Below, piece by piece: positions 26,649-36,324 of a DNA stretch of 64,000 bases (positions are counted from its first letter, which is position 1; each line of letters begins with the position of its first letter). This stretch comes from Elusimicrobiota bacterium (GTDB taxonomy: Bacteria; Elusimicrobiota; Endomicrobiia; Endomicrobiales; JBDRNC01). The notes under the pieces are model-generated. The model was given only the letters and a program-made list of their open reading frames with translations, made no database searches and was not told the DNA's origin. The DNA lies in the NCBI GenBank assembly GCA_043811535.1, contig JBDRNC010000028.1, positions 134,821 to 198,820 on the forward strand, read 5' to 3'. The position numbers were made by a program, and so were the translations under genes.

Positions 26649-28055
26649 TCAAAATATCCATTCTCCCTTTGTTAGTTCGTCATCCAGCAGCGACTGAATT
26701 CTTGTTTTATGTGTTTCGCTGATTTCCAGGGTTCCGGCATCAACGCGCCGCTTGATTAATTTGAGGTTTTTTATGACCTCTCTTTTAACGATATCATCTT
26801 TGTCTTCGATGAGATTCAGAAGCAGTTCAATGGTATCGGATTTTGATATCCTGCTCAGGGCCAGGACGACATTTGCCCTGACAAGGGGGTTTTCGTTTGT
26901 CATCATTTGTTTAAGGAAATTCATAGCGGCGGCCGGAGCGTAATCATGCAGGTTTTGCGCCATTGAGGCGATCCTTTCGCGTATGGCTTCCAGCGCGGGA
27001 GAAGTCGAATCGCCCGCCTGGACCGAATCACCCATGTATTCCAGCACTTTTGCCTGCTGCTGGTGCACGAAAGCGTCCTGTTGAGCGGGTTTACCTGTTT
27101 GTTTCCTTATCATCTCCGACCTGACCCTTTCTTCTATCTGCTTCGTCTTTAATTCCATTTCAAGACGGTATCTTTCCTCGTCGCGTTTCTTGTTTTCTTT
27201 GATTTCATTCCGGAGCCTTTCGGCCGCGTCGCGCTCGTATTTGACGCTTTCCCTGATTCTCTCAAGTTCGATGTTGAGAATGTTCCTGGCGTCGCTGGTG
27301 CGGTAGAATTTGTCTTCTGTTTCGCGGAGCTTGGCAACAGTGTTTTTAATGGTTTTGACTTTTGACGCCAGAATTACCCATAGAATGACCAGAATAACAG
27401 TCGCAGAGCCGGCCCAGATAATCAATAGAATATATACGGCCGGCAGGCCTGACGCCTTGGGCGCTGCGGGGAGAACCGTGGCGGGAAGCGAAAGTTTCGG
27501 TTTCTTTGACGGAGTGGTATTAGACACGACGGTTTTCTTCGCCTGCGCCGGCTGTTTCTTTATATCCGCCGTTTCTTCTGCCTTGGAAGGGAGCAATGAC
27601 TGCTTTTTTTCCCTTGGGATGGTTTGTTCCCTGCCGGGCGACAGAAGCTCCTGAGTCAGCTGATACATCTCCTGAACCTTGGGATTTGACGGGTCAATCT
27701 TTTGCGCTTTTTTAAGGTATTCAAACGCCTGCTTGTAGTTCCGGCTCATGTGGTTTTGCGAAGCGGCCTCAAGCAGTATTTTAACCGAGAATTCGTTTAT
27801 TTTGGCGTTTTGAGGGTCAAGTAGCTGGGCTTTTTCAAGGTCTTCGACGGCCGAAGTGAAATTGCCCTGCAGGTACTTTTCCATGGCCGAATTGAAATAT
27901 ATATCCGCTTCGTCGGAAGAGGCATACAGATAGACGGAAGAAGGAAGAAGGAAGATGGAAGCAGGCCCTCCTGCGCTCTTCGAGCTATGGAAAAGCAGGA
28001 ATTGGAAGAAGGAAGCAAACATGACGAATAACAACATTAGTAATATTTTCTTCAT
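26649..28055 (-). CDS. Signal peptide + TPR + TM + coiled coil + HEAT-repeat protein
   Basis: Two TPR-like helix pairs (A..LDP.N), a TM at about aa 205-230, VRANVVLALS and VKREVIKNL. Confidence 0.65.
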   Translation of the reverse strand: MKKILLMLLFVMFASFFQFLLFHSSKSAGGPASIFLLPSSVYLYASSDEADIYFNSAMEKYLQGNFTSAVEDLEKAQLLDPQNAKINEFSVKILLEAASQNHMSRNYKQAFEYLKKAQKIDPSNPKVQEMYQLTQELLSPGREQTIPREKKQSLLPSKAEETADIKKQPAQAKKTVVSNTTPSKKPKLSLPATVLPAAPKASGLPAVYILLIIWAGSATVILVILWVILASKVKTIKNTVAKLRETEDKFYRTSDARNILNIELERIRESVKYERDAAERLRNEIKENKKRDEERYRLEMELKTKQIEERVRSEMIRKQTGKPAQQDAFVHQQQAKVLEYMGDSVQAGDSTSPALEAIRERIASMAQNLHDYAPAAAMNFLKQMMTNENPLVRANVVLALSRISKSDTIELLLNLIEDKDDIVKREVIKNLKLIKRRVDAGTLEISETHKTRIQSLLDDELTKGEWIF

Positions 28056-28066
28056 ATGATTCCTTG

Positions 28067-29533
28067 TTATTTCCCCTGGACTTCCATTATTGTCTGGATT
28101 CTTTTTAGAAGCAATGTGGCTTCGCGGTTGTTCATGTCTATTTTCAGCACCTCAATCAGTTCGCCCTTGGCGTCATTGAACTTTTTGTCATTCAGGTACA
28201 AGTGCGCGTTTATAAGGTACCCCAGAATCTGCGCTTCCAAGTTTTCGGGCAGATTCTCAAGCACGTAATTGACGCTTGCCGTTGCCTCGCTGTAAAGGCC
28301 CCTGCTGTAAAGTCCCGCGGCCTCGGACAATTTCCGTTTGATTGTCGCGTCATCCTGCCTTACACTTATTTCATCAAGAAGTTTCCGCGCTTCCGCGCTT
28401 GCCGGGTCTTCTTTCAGTATATTTTCAAGTATTTTCCTTGACTGTGAATACCGCTTTTCTTCAAAGGCGTATTTAGCGTCAAGGAACTGCATTGACAGTT
28501 TTCTTTCCTTCTTTAGTCTTTCCCTTTCAAACTTTATATCATCCCTCAATTTTTCGGATCTTTCAATATACCTCTCTTTTTCTTCGGACAATCTCCCGAA
28601 TTCATCCTTTATCTTCTGCTCGGCGACACTCGGAAGCACGCCGTAGCGTAAGCTTAAGGTCAGGCAGTGCAAAAAGTCCAGCGGATGATACGTAAAAGAA
28701 TAGTCAATATCTATCTGCCTGGTGGAAAGTCCGAACCCGGCTGAAACCTGCTTGACGTTGACGCCGAACCGCACCTTAAAAAAATCCGTAATTTTGTATT
28801 CAGCCCCGGTGGCCCAGCTTGAGAAGTACTTTTCCGTGAATATAAATGACAAGTCCGTGTTCCACGCGAGTTTATTTTTGAATAAACTGCGCTTAAAACC
28901 GGTTTTAGCCACAAGCGGGAACACATCAGGCCCCAGTCTCGGGGGAACCAGGTTGATCAGATTCAGTGACCACGCGTGTTCCGGGGCCGTGTAGTATATA
29001 AGCCCGGCGTCAAGACCCGCGCCTTTCGCGGAAAAGGTGTCTATTTCCTGGGACACAAGCTTCAAATTGACGCCCCACAGAAAGTCCGGGAATTCCTTGC
29101 GGGAATAATTGAGGAAGACAGCGGTTTCCTGGTCGCTGAAACTGCCGGTCGTTTCGCCGAGCTCGTTTGTTTTTTCGGCATCCCCCGATGAAAGCCTCGC
29201 GAAGCCGAAACCTGTAAAGTTCTTTTCATCCAGAGGATAACCGTAACTCATGAAAATATACTGGGCCTGGAAAAACAGCGGCATCACGGTCATGCTTCCT
29301 TCCTGCCACCAAAGAGTGGCAAGGCTCGCGGGATTTGAATACATCAGGCTTGAATGCCCCTCAAGAGATGTCTGCGCGTTGCCCATCCCCATGCCTTCAG
29401 CGCCGCCGCTGAGCGATACCAGGTATTCTCCGGGGTATCCGGACGTGCCTGAAGAGAACCACCCGTGTAAAGACAGAGGGAAGAAGGAAGACGGAAGAAG
29501 GAACATAAATGCAAACATGATGAGCCTTTTCAT
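28067..29533 (-). CDS. PorV/PorQ-like outer-membrane beta-barrel with C-terminal TPRs
   Basis: GAEGMGMGNA, YSNPASLA, GVNLKL, LDAG, GAEY. Confidence 0.75.
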   Translation of the reverse strand: MKRLIMFAFMFLLPSSFFPLSLHGWFSSGTSGYPGEYLVSLSGGAEGMGMGNAQTSLEGHSSLMYSNPASLATLWWQEGSMTVMPLFFQAQYIFMSYGYPLDEKNFTGFGFARLSSGDAEKTNELGETTGSFSDQETAVFLNYSRKEFPDFLWGVNLKLVSQEIDTFSAKGAGLDAGLIYYTAPEHAWSLNLINLVPPRLGPDVFPLVAKTGFKRSLFKNKLAWNTDLSFIFTEKYFSSWATGAEYKITDFFKVRFGVNVKQVSAGFGLSTRQIDIDYSFTYHPLDFLHCLTLSLRYGVLPSVAEQKIKDEFGRLSEEKERYIERSEKLRDDIKFERERLKKERKLSMQFLDAKYAFEEKRYSQSRKILENILKEDPASAEARKLLDEISVRQDDATIKRKLSEAAGLYSRGLYSEATASVNYVLENLPENLEAQILGYLINAHLYLNDKKFNDAKGELIEVLKIDMNNREATLLLKRIQTIMEVQGK

Positions 29534-29540
29534 TTGAGTT

Positions 29541-29909
29541 TCACTTCAGTATCTCCCGGATTTTCTCAATCAGAGCTTTGACGGTAAAAGGTTTTTCCAT
29601 GTACGCCGCGACCTGCAGTTCGTCCCTGGCCTGAAGAAGTTCCTTGAGGTGGCCCTTGCCTGTTATCACTATCACGGGTATCTTTGCTGTTTCCGGGTCT
29701 TCTTTCAGTCTCAGGTTCACTCCGTGGCCGTCCAGTTTCGACATCATGATATCCAGAAGAATAAGGTCGGGCTTGCTCATCCCGATTTTTTCCAGCGCCT
29801 GAATGCCGTCGTATGCCTCGTCGGTGGCAAAACCTTCTTTTTCCAGCGCTATTTTCAAAACAAACACGATGTCTTTTTCGTCGTCAACTATCATGATTTT
29901 GTACGGCAT
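29541..29909 (-). CDS. Single-domain response regulator
   Basis: VDDE, LLDIMM, ITG, KPF; RBS GGGAGG before ATG 29909. Confidence 0.9.
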   Translation of the reverse strand: MPYKIMIVDDEKDIVFVLKIALEKEGFATDEAYDGIQALEKIGMSKPDLILLDIMMSKLDGHGVNLRLKEDPETAKIPVIVITGKGHLKELLQARDELQVAAYMEKPFTVKALIEKIREILK

Positions 29910-29929
29910 GTTTCCTCCCTGCGCGGGGC

Positions 29930-32900
29930 TCACTTGACTATCCCTATTTTTCTCAACTGGCGTTCGGAGCCGGATTTTATCTCAAGTATGTACATCCCGT
30001 TGGCGGAAACCTGCTGCGAGCCGTTCTTGCCGTCCCAGAATACTTCGTTCGTCCGGCCGGCCGGCTGTCCCTGCGCGCCTTCGGTTCCTGCCGGGATATT
30101 TTTTTGCCAGACAAGATCGCCCATCAGCGTATAAACCTTAAGCGTTACATCGGAAGATTCCGTAAGCGTGTATCTTATGCGCGTAGACTGCCGGCCCGCC
30201 GCGAACGGATTAGGGTAGTTGACAACCCCCGATATCATTGACAGCGGCGTTATCGCGCCGAGCAGCGTTATTGAACCGAGTTTCTGCAGTGAAAAAGAAA
30301 TCCGTTTTTGAGTTTTATCCAAGGTCTGCTGCGCGTCGGGGAATTCCCATTTGCATTTTATTTCATTAAGCATCGCGCAGCGTATGCTTTCGGCTTTTAC
30401 CAGCGTGCCGTCGAAATACCCGTCATTGTCGGCGTCGTCATACGCGGCTTTGACGGAAAGTATGGGGTTCTGCGCCTGCAGTTCATTCCTGTTTATTCCG
30501 CACACGGAAATTTTGTAGGAAACATCGGATATTTTAAGGATACTCCTGTCAATTATGGAATCCTGGTCGGCGTCCCGCATCGCCTGGGAAGCCCTTGAAT
30601 CAAGGATCTCAATATCCAGGAATCCTTCCGCCGGCAGGCCTTCTGTTATCTCTGCCTGTATCTTGCTGTCTGTGCTTTCGGTCTTGAACCTGCTGAGCGC
30701 GTAAACGCTGAACGCTTTAGCGCATCCGGTTTCAAGCCCTAAAGGGTCTATGGCCGTGACTTTCCAGTAATACGCTTTATCCGCCGTAAGCGCGGAAGGC
30801 GCGATCTTGTAGCTATTTGTCTTCAGCCCGCTTACAACGGCCGGGCAACTGAGATCCGCGGAAGTGCTGTAGACAAGCCTGTACGAGAGCGCGTCTTCGG
30901 GGTTCGGGTCGCCTCCGTTTTCCCAAGATAAGTTTATGTCCAGTATGGAACGCGAGCTTCCGTCAGGCGGGTATACAAGCGAAAACATGTTCGGCTTCAG
31001 GTTCTGGTTGTCTATTCTGAAATCCGCGTCAGACGCGTCTATGTCGTTTTCCGGAGGCGAACCGGAATCCGTAACCGACACTTTCACGCGGTAAAACGGG
31101 CCGTTGGAAAGTTCCTTTGTATTTAACGTGTACGACGCGCCTGCCGTTTGGAAATACCATGAATACGTGTTCCCGCCGTCGGCTGAAATATAAATTTCGG
31201 ACACGTGGGTGTCGGCGCCGTTGTAATCGTATATCGTCCACGTGAAAGTGGCTGTGTTGGAAATAGTTTCGCCGCCGTTCGGATAAATCACCGTGACCGA
31301 TGGTTTTTGATTCGGGTTGAATACGCTGAAATCGCCGGGCGATGCCGCGGATCCTTTAAGCCCGCGGTTATCCGTCGCCTCAACCTTTACGCGGTATTCC
31401 ACGCCGTTGGATACCCGCCTTGTATCCCATCTGTAAAAAGTCGTGCCGTGGCTCAAAGCGTATGTCGTGACGTTTATTGAGTAATTCGCGCCTGAATCGC
31501 TTGACGCGTATATACGGAAAGTCCTCGTGTCGTACCAGTTCGGGTCATAGGAGTTCCAGACAATGTCGCGCGTGCCCGTCCAGTATTCCCCGCCGACAGG
31601 GGTAGACAGGATGACTTCAGGCGCGGCGTTTGTATAAGCCGCGGGTGAAGCCAGTGAAACCAAAGAGACGTTGCCTGCTTTATCGGATATCTTCATTGCG
31701 AAGTAATATGTCGTCCCGTCGTTCAATCCTGTAATAACTGCCGAATATGATGTCCCCGGAGACATGGAAACCGGCGTTTGGCGCCTGCTTTCGGATATTA
31801 GAGCGTACAAGGTTTCGTCTATCGGCCCGTAAGTCGCGAATTTAACTTCATAAGAACCGGTCGTTATAATGAAAGAGTAATCGTTGTCGCCCGGAGCCGT
31901 CCAGGAAAGTATTATCTCACCATTCCCAAGACCCGTGACGGCGCTAAGGCTAATGACTCTTCCGGGGGCAATGGTATCCACGAAAAGCGTATATGCCCCG
32001 CTCCATTGAAGGGATGTAAGCCCGTCATTCGCGCGCGCGCGCCAGTACCACGTGCCGTGCTGGAGCGGGACGGCCGGCGCGGTGGATGTGGTCACGCCTG
32101 AGCCGGAAGGTATGCCCGCGGTGCTTATCAGCGGCGAGCCGAAGTTAGGGTCATCATCCGCCTGGAACTCGTAAATCAAAGCGTCCCCGTCGGCATCGGA
32201 CGCGTTATTCCACGTGAAAGCGGGAAAAACGCAATTCGTGCTCCCTTCATGAAGCGGATTCAGCAGAACCGGCGCCGGCGCGGCGCGGTTAAATGAGACT
32301 ATCACGGAATCTATCGCAGGGGAGTTCGGGAATAAAGTTGAAGCCAGGAAATACCGGTAACGCAAAAATCTCCGGTTCATGTGGCCCATCCAGAGCGGGG
32401 CCGCCGTAGATTGCCCGACCCCGAACTCATAAAAACTGTTCGTATTCCCGTCCCATCCGCGGAAACTGTCCCACGAAGAGCCCTCGGCGCGCGAAGCGAC
32501 CTGCAATTTAATATTCGTTCCAGTTTTCTGCCCGGACGGGTTGAATGATATGGACTTCCAATCCAGCGAAGTGCTGAAAGGGACATCTAACGGAATAGTG
32601 AATGATCCCGTAGAATGAAAAAGCAAAAAATGCGAGTCCTGAAGGTACGCGCCGGCATTGTCCCTGCCGCCGAAAAGAAACGCGCTGTATGTGCTGATGA
32701 AGATCAGCCCGTGACCGGACCTGGTTGACGGCGTGTTTTCGGGAAATCCTTCATTCCAGGCCGTTTTGTAGTAATAAATGTCGTCCTTTCTATTCCCGTC
32801 GTCTCCCCCAAAAACCGCCAGGCAATCGTTCCATGGGTCGTAAAACATCCCTGAATCGGACCTTGCGGACGGACCGCCTCCTGCGGCGACTAGCGCCCAG

Positions 32901-33718
32901 GTGTTTGCCGCGGAATCATACTTCCACAGGTCCTGTTTCAACGCCGGATCCTGTCCTCCGAAAAGATACATTTTGCCGTCAGATTTATTATAAGCATAGG
33001 AAGAAGAATATCTCCCCGAAGGATTGCCTGCCGTCGCGCGGTATGACCAGGTTTGCGCGTTAACGTCAAATACCCATGTGTCCGAATACCTGTTTGTGCC
33101 GTCCGTGCCTCCGAAAAGCACTATTTCGCCGGCTGTCCTGCACATCGCCGAAAAAGCCCTTTTCGGCGGATACGTTGAACATAATACTTCATCCCACCTG
33201 TTCTGCGCGGCGTCATAGACCCAGGTGTCTTTCTTATACTCGTTCAAATCCATGTCATAACCGCCGAACAGCACCGCCTTGCTTCCGTTCATTCTTGAAA
33301 TACCGTGCCCGTGACGGACCGAAGGCACGCTCGAGCTGGAAAAAACCTTGTAACTCCAAGAGTTTATTGAAGTATTGAAAAGCCAGGTATCGTTAAAGTC
33401 TTTCGGCGATCTTCCGGAATCATACCCCCCGAAAAGAAGGATGCAATTTGCATCCGGCAGGTATTCCAGCGGCGAGAATTGCCGCGCGTCAGGATACATC
33501 CCGCTGGTTACAGGTATCCACTTAAACAGGAGTTCCACCTGCGCCGGGCTGCCGGTATACCTTACGGTTGTCTGATCGTGATATTCCGGGTCGCCTGCTC
33601 CGAAATCCGCATCCGTATCCTGTATCTGGCAAGTGCCGGCGCCGAGCAATGACGTGCCCAGCAGCCATACCAGGGCCGGGAATATTAGTTTTCGGAGATT
33701 CAACATTGCATGTTTCAT
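29930..33718 (-). CDS. Large secreted Kelch-repeat / Ig-FN3 protein with a T9SS-like (FlgD-Ig) C-terminal domain
   Basis: Signal peptide, about six FGG..D.W Kelch repeats, FN3-like YYFAMK and YYWKV, NYPNPF...WDGKN...ANGMY. Confidence 0.8.
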   Translation of the reverse strand: MKHAMLNLRKLIFPALVWLLGTSLLGAGTCQIQDTDADFGAGDPEYHDQTTVRYTGSPAQVELLFKWIPVTSGMYPDARQFSPLEYLPDANCILLFGGYDSGRSPKDFNDTWLFNTSINSWSYKVFSSSSVPSVRHGHGISRMNGSKAVLFGGYDMDLNEYKKDTWVYDAAQNRWDEVLCSTYPPKRAFSAMCRTAGEIVLFGGTDGTNRYSDTWVFDVNAQTWSYRATAGNPSGRYSSSYAYNKSDGKMYLFGGQDPALKQDLWKYDSAANTWALVAAGGGPSARSDSGMFYDPWNDCLAVFGGDDGNRKDDIYYYKTAWNEGFPENTPSTRSGHGLIFISTYSAFLFGGRDNAGAYLQDSHFLLFHSTGSFTIPLDVPFSTSLDWKSISFNPSGQKTGTNIKLQVASRAEGSSWDSFRGWDGNTNSFYEFGVGQSTAAPLWMGHMNRRFLRYRYFLASTLFPNSPAIDSVIVSFNRAAPAPVLLNPLHEGSTNCVFPAFTWNNASDADGDALIYEFQADDDPNFGSPLISTAGIPSGSGVTTSTAPAVPLQHGTWYWRARANDGLTSLQWSGAYTLFVDTIAPGRVISLSAVTGLGNGEIILSWTAPGDNDYSFIITTGSYEVKFATYGPIDETLYALISESRRQTPVSMSPGTSYSAVITGLNDGTTYYFAMKISDKAGNVSLVSLASPAAYTNAAPEVILSTPVGGEYWTGTRDIVWNSYDPNWYDTRTFRIYASSDSGANYSINVTTYALSHGTTFYRWDTRRVSNGVEYRVKVEATDNRGLKGSAASPGDFSVFNPNQKPSVTVIYPNGGETISNTATFTWTIYDYNGADTHVSEIYISADGGNTYSWYFQTAGASYTLNTKELSNGPFYRVKVSVTDSGSPPENDIDASDADFRIDNQNLKPNMFSLVYPPDGSSRSILDINLSWENGGDPNPEDALSYRLVYSTSADLSCPAVVSGLKTNSYKIAPSALTADKAYYWKVTAIDPLGLETGCAKAFSVYALSRFKTESTDSKIQAEITEGLPAEGFLDIEILDSRASQAMRDADQDSIIDRSILKISDVSYKISVCGINRNELQAQNPILSVKAAYDDADNDGYFDGTLVKAESIRCAMLNEIKCKWEFPDAQQTLDKTQKRISFSLQKLGSITLLGAITPLSMISGVVNYPNPFAAGRQSTRIRYTLTESSDVTLKVYTLMGDLVWQKNIPAGTEGAQGQPAGRTNEVFWDGKNGSQQVSANGMYILEIKSGSERQLRKIGIVK

Positions 33719-33973
33719 CGGTGTAACCTGTAAACCTGACTATTCCGCCCAGCTTGTTGGGCAGTTGCCGAATATTCCTTCTCCCCTGGTGGGAGAAGGG
33801 CAGGATGAGGGGGCTCTATGATGACCACCCTCACCTCAATCCTCCGGCACCCCCATCTACGGATATCCCAGTGGGGAAGCACACTGTGCTTCCCCCTATC
33901 ATCAAGGGAGAGGAGTAACAACTAAGTACGTCTGATACCGCCAAGCTTGCTGGGCGGAGGTTCATTGCGTCTA

Positions 33974-34348
33974 TCAGCACATGAGTTTCGCCAATATCGC
34001 GTTTCTAAGGTATTTAAGGTCGAACGGCTTGAATATGCAATCAAACGCTCCGGTGCGGAAGCACTCAACGACCTTTTCAGCGTCTCTGTAAGCAGTTATC
34101 ATGATAACCGCTGTGTCCGGTTTAATTTTTTTGATTTCCTTGAGGACATCCAGGCCGTTCATGACCGGCATGGCGATATCAAGGAGTATCAGGTCAAAAT
34201 ATGTTTCCTCAGCCTGTTTGATCGCCTGCTGCCCGTTTGGCGCAGTAATGACCTGAAAACCTTCTCCCGCGAGATACTCGCTGAGGACGGTTATTATATC
34301 AGGCTCGTCGTCCACTACCATGATTCTCTTGCCGTTTGTAGAAACCAT
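33974..34348 (-). CDS. Single-domain response regulator
   Basis: VDDE, LLDIAMP, ITA, KPF; AGGAG before ATG 34348. Confidence 0.9.
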   Translation of the reverse strand: MVSTNGKRIMVVDDEPDIITVLSEYLAGEGFQVITAPNGQQAIKQAEETYFDLILLDIAMPVMNGLDVLKEIKKIKPDTAVIMITAYRDAEKVVECFRTGAFDCIFKPFDLKYLRNAILAKLMC

Positions 34349-34432
34349 TTTTTTTCTCCTTATCCTTTGTATTATCTGCTTATGAATCTTCGCCAAACCC
34401 TGCAGCTGTCATTCCCGCGGTAGTCGCCTGCC

Positions 34433-34534
34433 GTCATTGCGAGGAGCCCCGATTTTATCGGGGTGACGAAGCAATCTCATTTTTAAAAGCAAGATTGCTT
34501 CCCCGCCAATGCTGCGGTGGCGGGTCGCAATGAC
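34433..34534. repeat. GTCATTGCGA...GAAGCAATCT...TCGCAATGAC palindromic element (relatives at 50776-50819 and 56876-57049)
   Basis: 10-bp terminal inverted repeat plus internal GAAGCAATC/GATTGCTTC. Confidence 0.75.
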
Positions 34535-34575
34535 ATCGTAATTAATTTCTACTGCAACCATATTCATCATATCCC

Positions 34576-36141
34576 TTACACAGAAACCGGTATGCTGGCG
34601 GTGAATTTTGAGCCTTTTCCCGGTTCCGATTCGACCCGTACAGAGCCCTTGTGCTCGTTTATAATGTATTTAACGATAGCCAGTCCCAGCCCGAACCCGC
34701 CATAATCCCTTGAAGCGCCGTTGTCAACTTGATAGAATTTTTCAAATATCTTGTCTTGCTGTGATTTTTCAATGCCTATTCCGCTGTCCGTTACGCTGAA
34801 AACAAGATTTTTACCGTCATTTATCCTGTATTCAAGGCGGACAAATCCTCCCTCGGGGGTGAATTTAAGAGCGTTTTGAATGAAATTTGACAGGACCTGT
34901 TTGATCTTTTCATAATCCGCCGAAATCACCGCTACCCCGGGAGATTCAGCGGACAGGTTGATGTTCCGGCTTTTTGAACTTAATTCAAAATTATTTATAG
35001 TTTCTAGCGCCAGTTCCTTGAAGTCAAATTCGGTATATGTAAGTCTGAGCTTCTTCGTTTCCATGCGCGAGAAATCAAGCAGGTCGTTGACAAGAGTTTT
35101 CATCCTGTTCGTGTTCCTTTCAATAAGTTCAAGGAATTGCTTGGTCTTTTCTTCGCTGATAAGAGATGCCAAAAGCTCTGCCGCTCCTCCGATGGCCATT
35201 AAAGGCGTTTTCAGCTCATGGGTGACATTCGCGACGAAGTTGGATTTAAGTTCGCTTAGTTCCTGTATGGCCTGTTTGTTTCGCAGAGCTATCAGTATCA
35301 GCGACGCGTGCAGGCAGAATAGTTTGAAATGCTCGAGGTCGTTTTCCGAGAAAAGGGATTTTGTGCGTTCAATCGAACGGTTAATGCTTATTATGCCCAA
35401 AAATATATCTTTGTAGACTAATGGAGCTACCATGGACGACGCTATCTCTTCTCTCATGGGATAGTCCTTGAATTGAGGAGTGTTCTTGAATCCGTCCTGG
35501 ATCACTATAGCTTCTTTTGTTTTTGCCACCCATCCCGCCACTTTTTCGCCGACTTTAATCTTATCGCAAAGGTTGTCGTTTTTGCCGTAAGAAACAATCG
35601 GCGCAAGAACGTTATTTTCCTGTTCAAACATGAATATTGACCCCGAATCCGAATTAAGGGCCTTTGACGCTTGCTTCAGAACAAAATCCAGCAATTCCTT
35701 TTCTGATTGATTACTGCTCAATTCCTGTGAAAGCTGGTACAGATAGATAGTTTCGCGGAAAATATTCTCCTGTTTTTTCAGCTTTGAATACTCTATACAT
35801 TTATTAACGGATGTCGAAAGATCGGTAATATTAAAGGGCTTGAGAATGTAATCATAGGCCCCCTTTTTCATTGTTTCAACCGCTGTTTCTATGGTGCCCT
35901 GGCCCGTAAAAATCATCACTTCGGTGTGCGGGTACATGGATTTTATCTTCTGCAGTAATTCAACTCCGTCCATTCCCGGCATTTTCAAGTCCGAAACAAC
36001 CAGGTCGCAACTTGTGTCTGAAAGGATATCCAGGGCGTCCTTGGCGTTTTGCGCTGTGGAAATCTTATACTTGTCCTCGAGTATCCTTTTGCATAATTCA
36101 AGAATAGCGGGTTCGTTGTCAACGATCAGAATGTGTTCCAT
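34576..36141 (-). CDS. REC-GAF-histidine kinase
   Basis: N-terminal REC, GAF, THELKTPL, NALKFT, GFGLGL. Confidence 0.93.
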   Translation of the reverse strand: MEHILIVDNEPAILELCKRILEDKYKISTAQNAKDALDILSDTSCDLVVSDLKMPGMDGVELLQKIKSMYPHTEVMIFTGQGTIETAVETMKKGAYDYILKPFNITDLSTSVNKCIEYSKLKKQENIFRETIYLYQLSQELSSNQSEKELLDFVLKQASKALNSDSGSIFMFEQENNVLAPIVSYGKNDNLCDKIKVGEKVAGWVAKTKEAIVIQDGFKNTPQFKDYPMREEIASSMVAPLVYKDIFLGIISINRSIERTKSLFSENDLEHFKLFCLHASLILIALRNKQAIQELSELKSNFVANVTHELKTPLMAIGGAAELLASLISEEKTKQFLELIERNTNRMKTLVNDLLDFSRMETKKLRLTYTEFDFKELALETINNFELSSKSRNINLSAESPGVAVISADYEKIKQVLSNFIQNALKFTPEGGFVRLEYRINDGKNLVFSVTDSGIGIEKSQQDKIFEKFYQVDNGASRDYGGFGLGLAIVKYIINEHKGSVRVESEPGKGSKFTASIPVSV

Positions 36142-36324
36142 AGAGTCTCCTTGAGCACCTTAAGTGTTTTTTTAAATTGCCTTATGCGAAATCCGCCGTG
36201 GCGGATTGACACCTGTAGAATTTAAGTTGTGTGAAACCCCGCTTCACTTCGTTTCGGGGGCGTTCCTGTCCGCCTTGGCGGGACTGAGTTAAAAAATGTT
36301 TATTCACTAATTATTGAACCGAGC

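Noticed and set aside
33715..33921. 68-aa ORF, and similar ORFs at 20562-20909 and 56561-56821
   Set aside because: They are translations of REP-like repeats (PHPxLPPxGG pattern).
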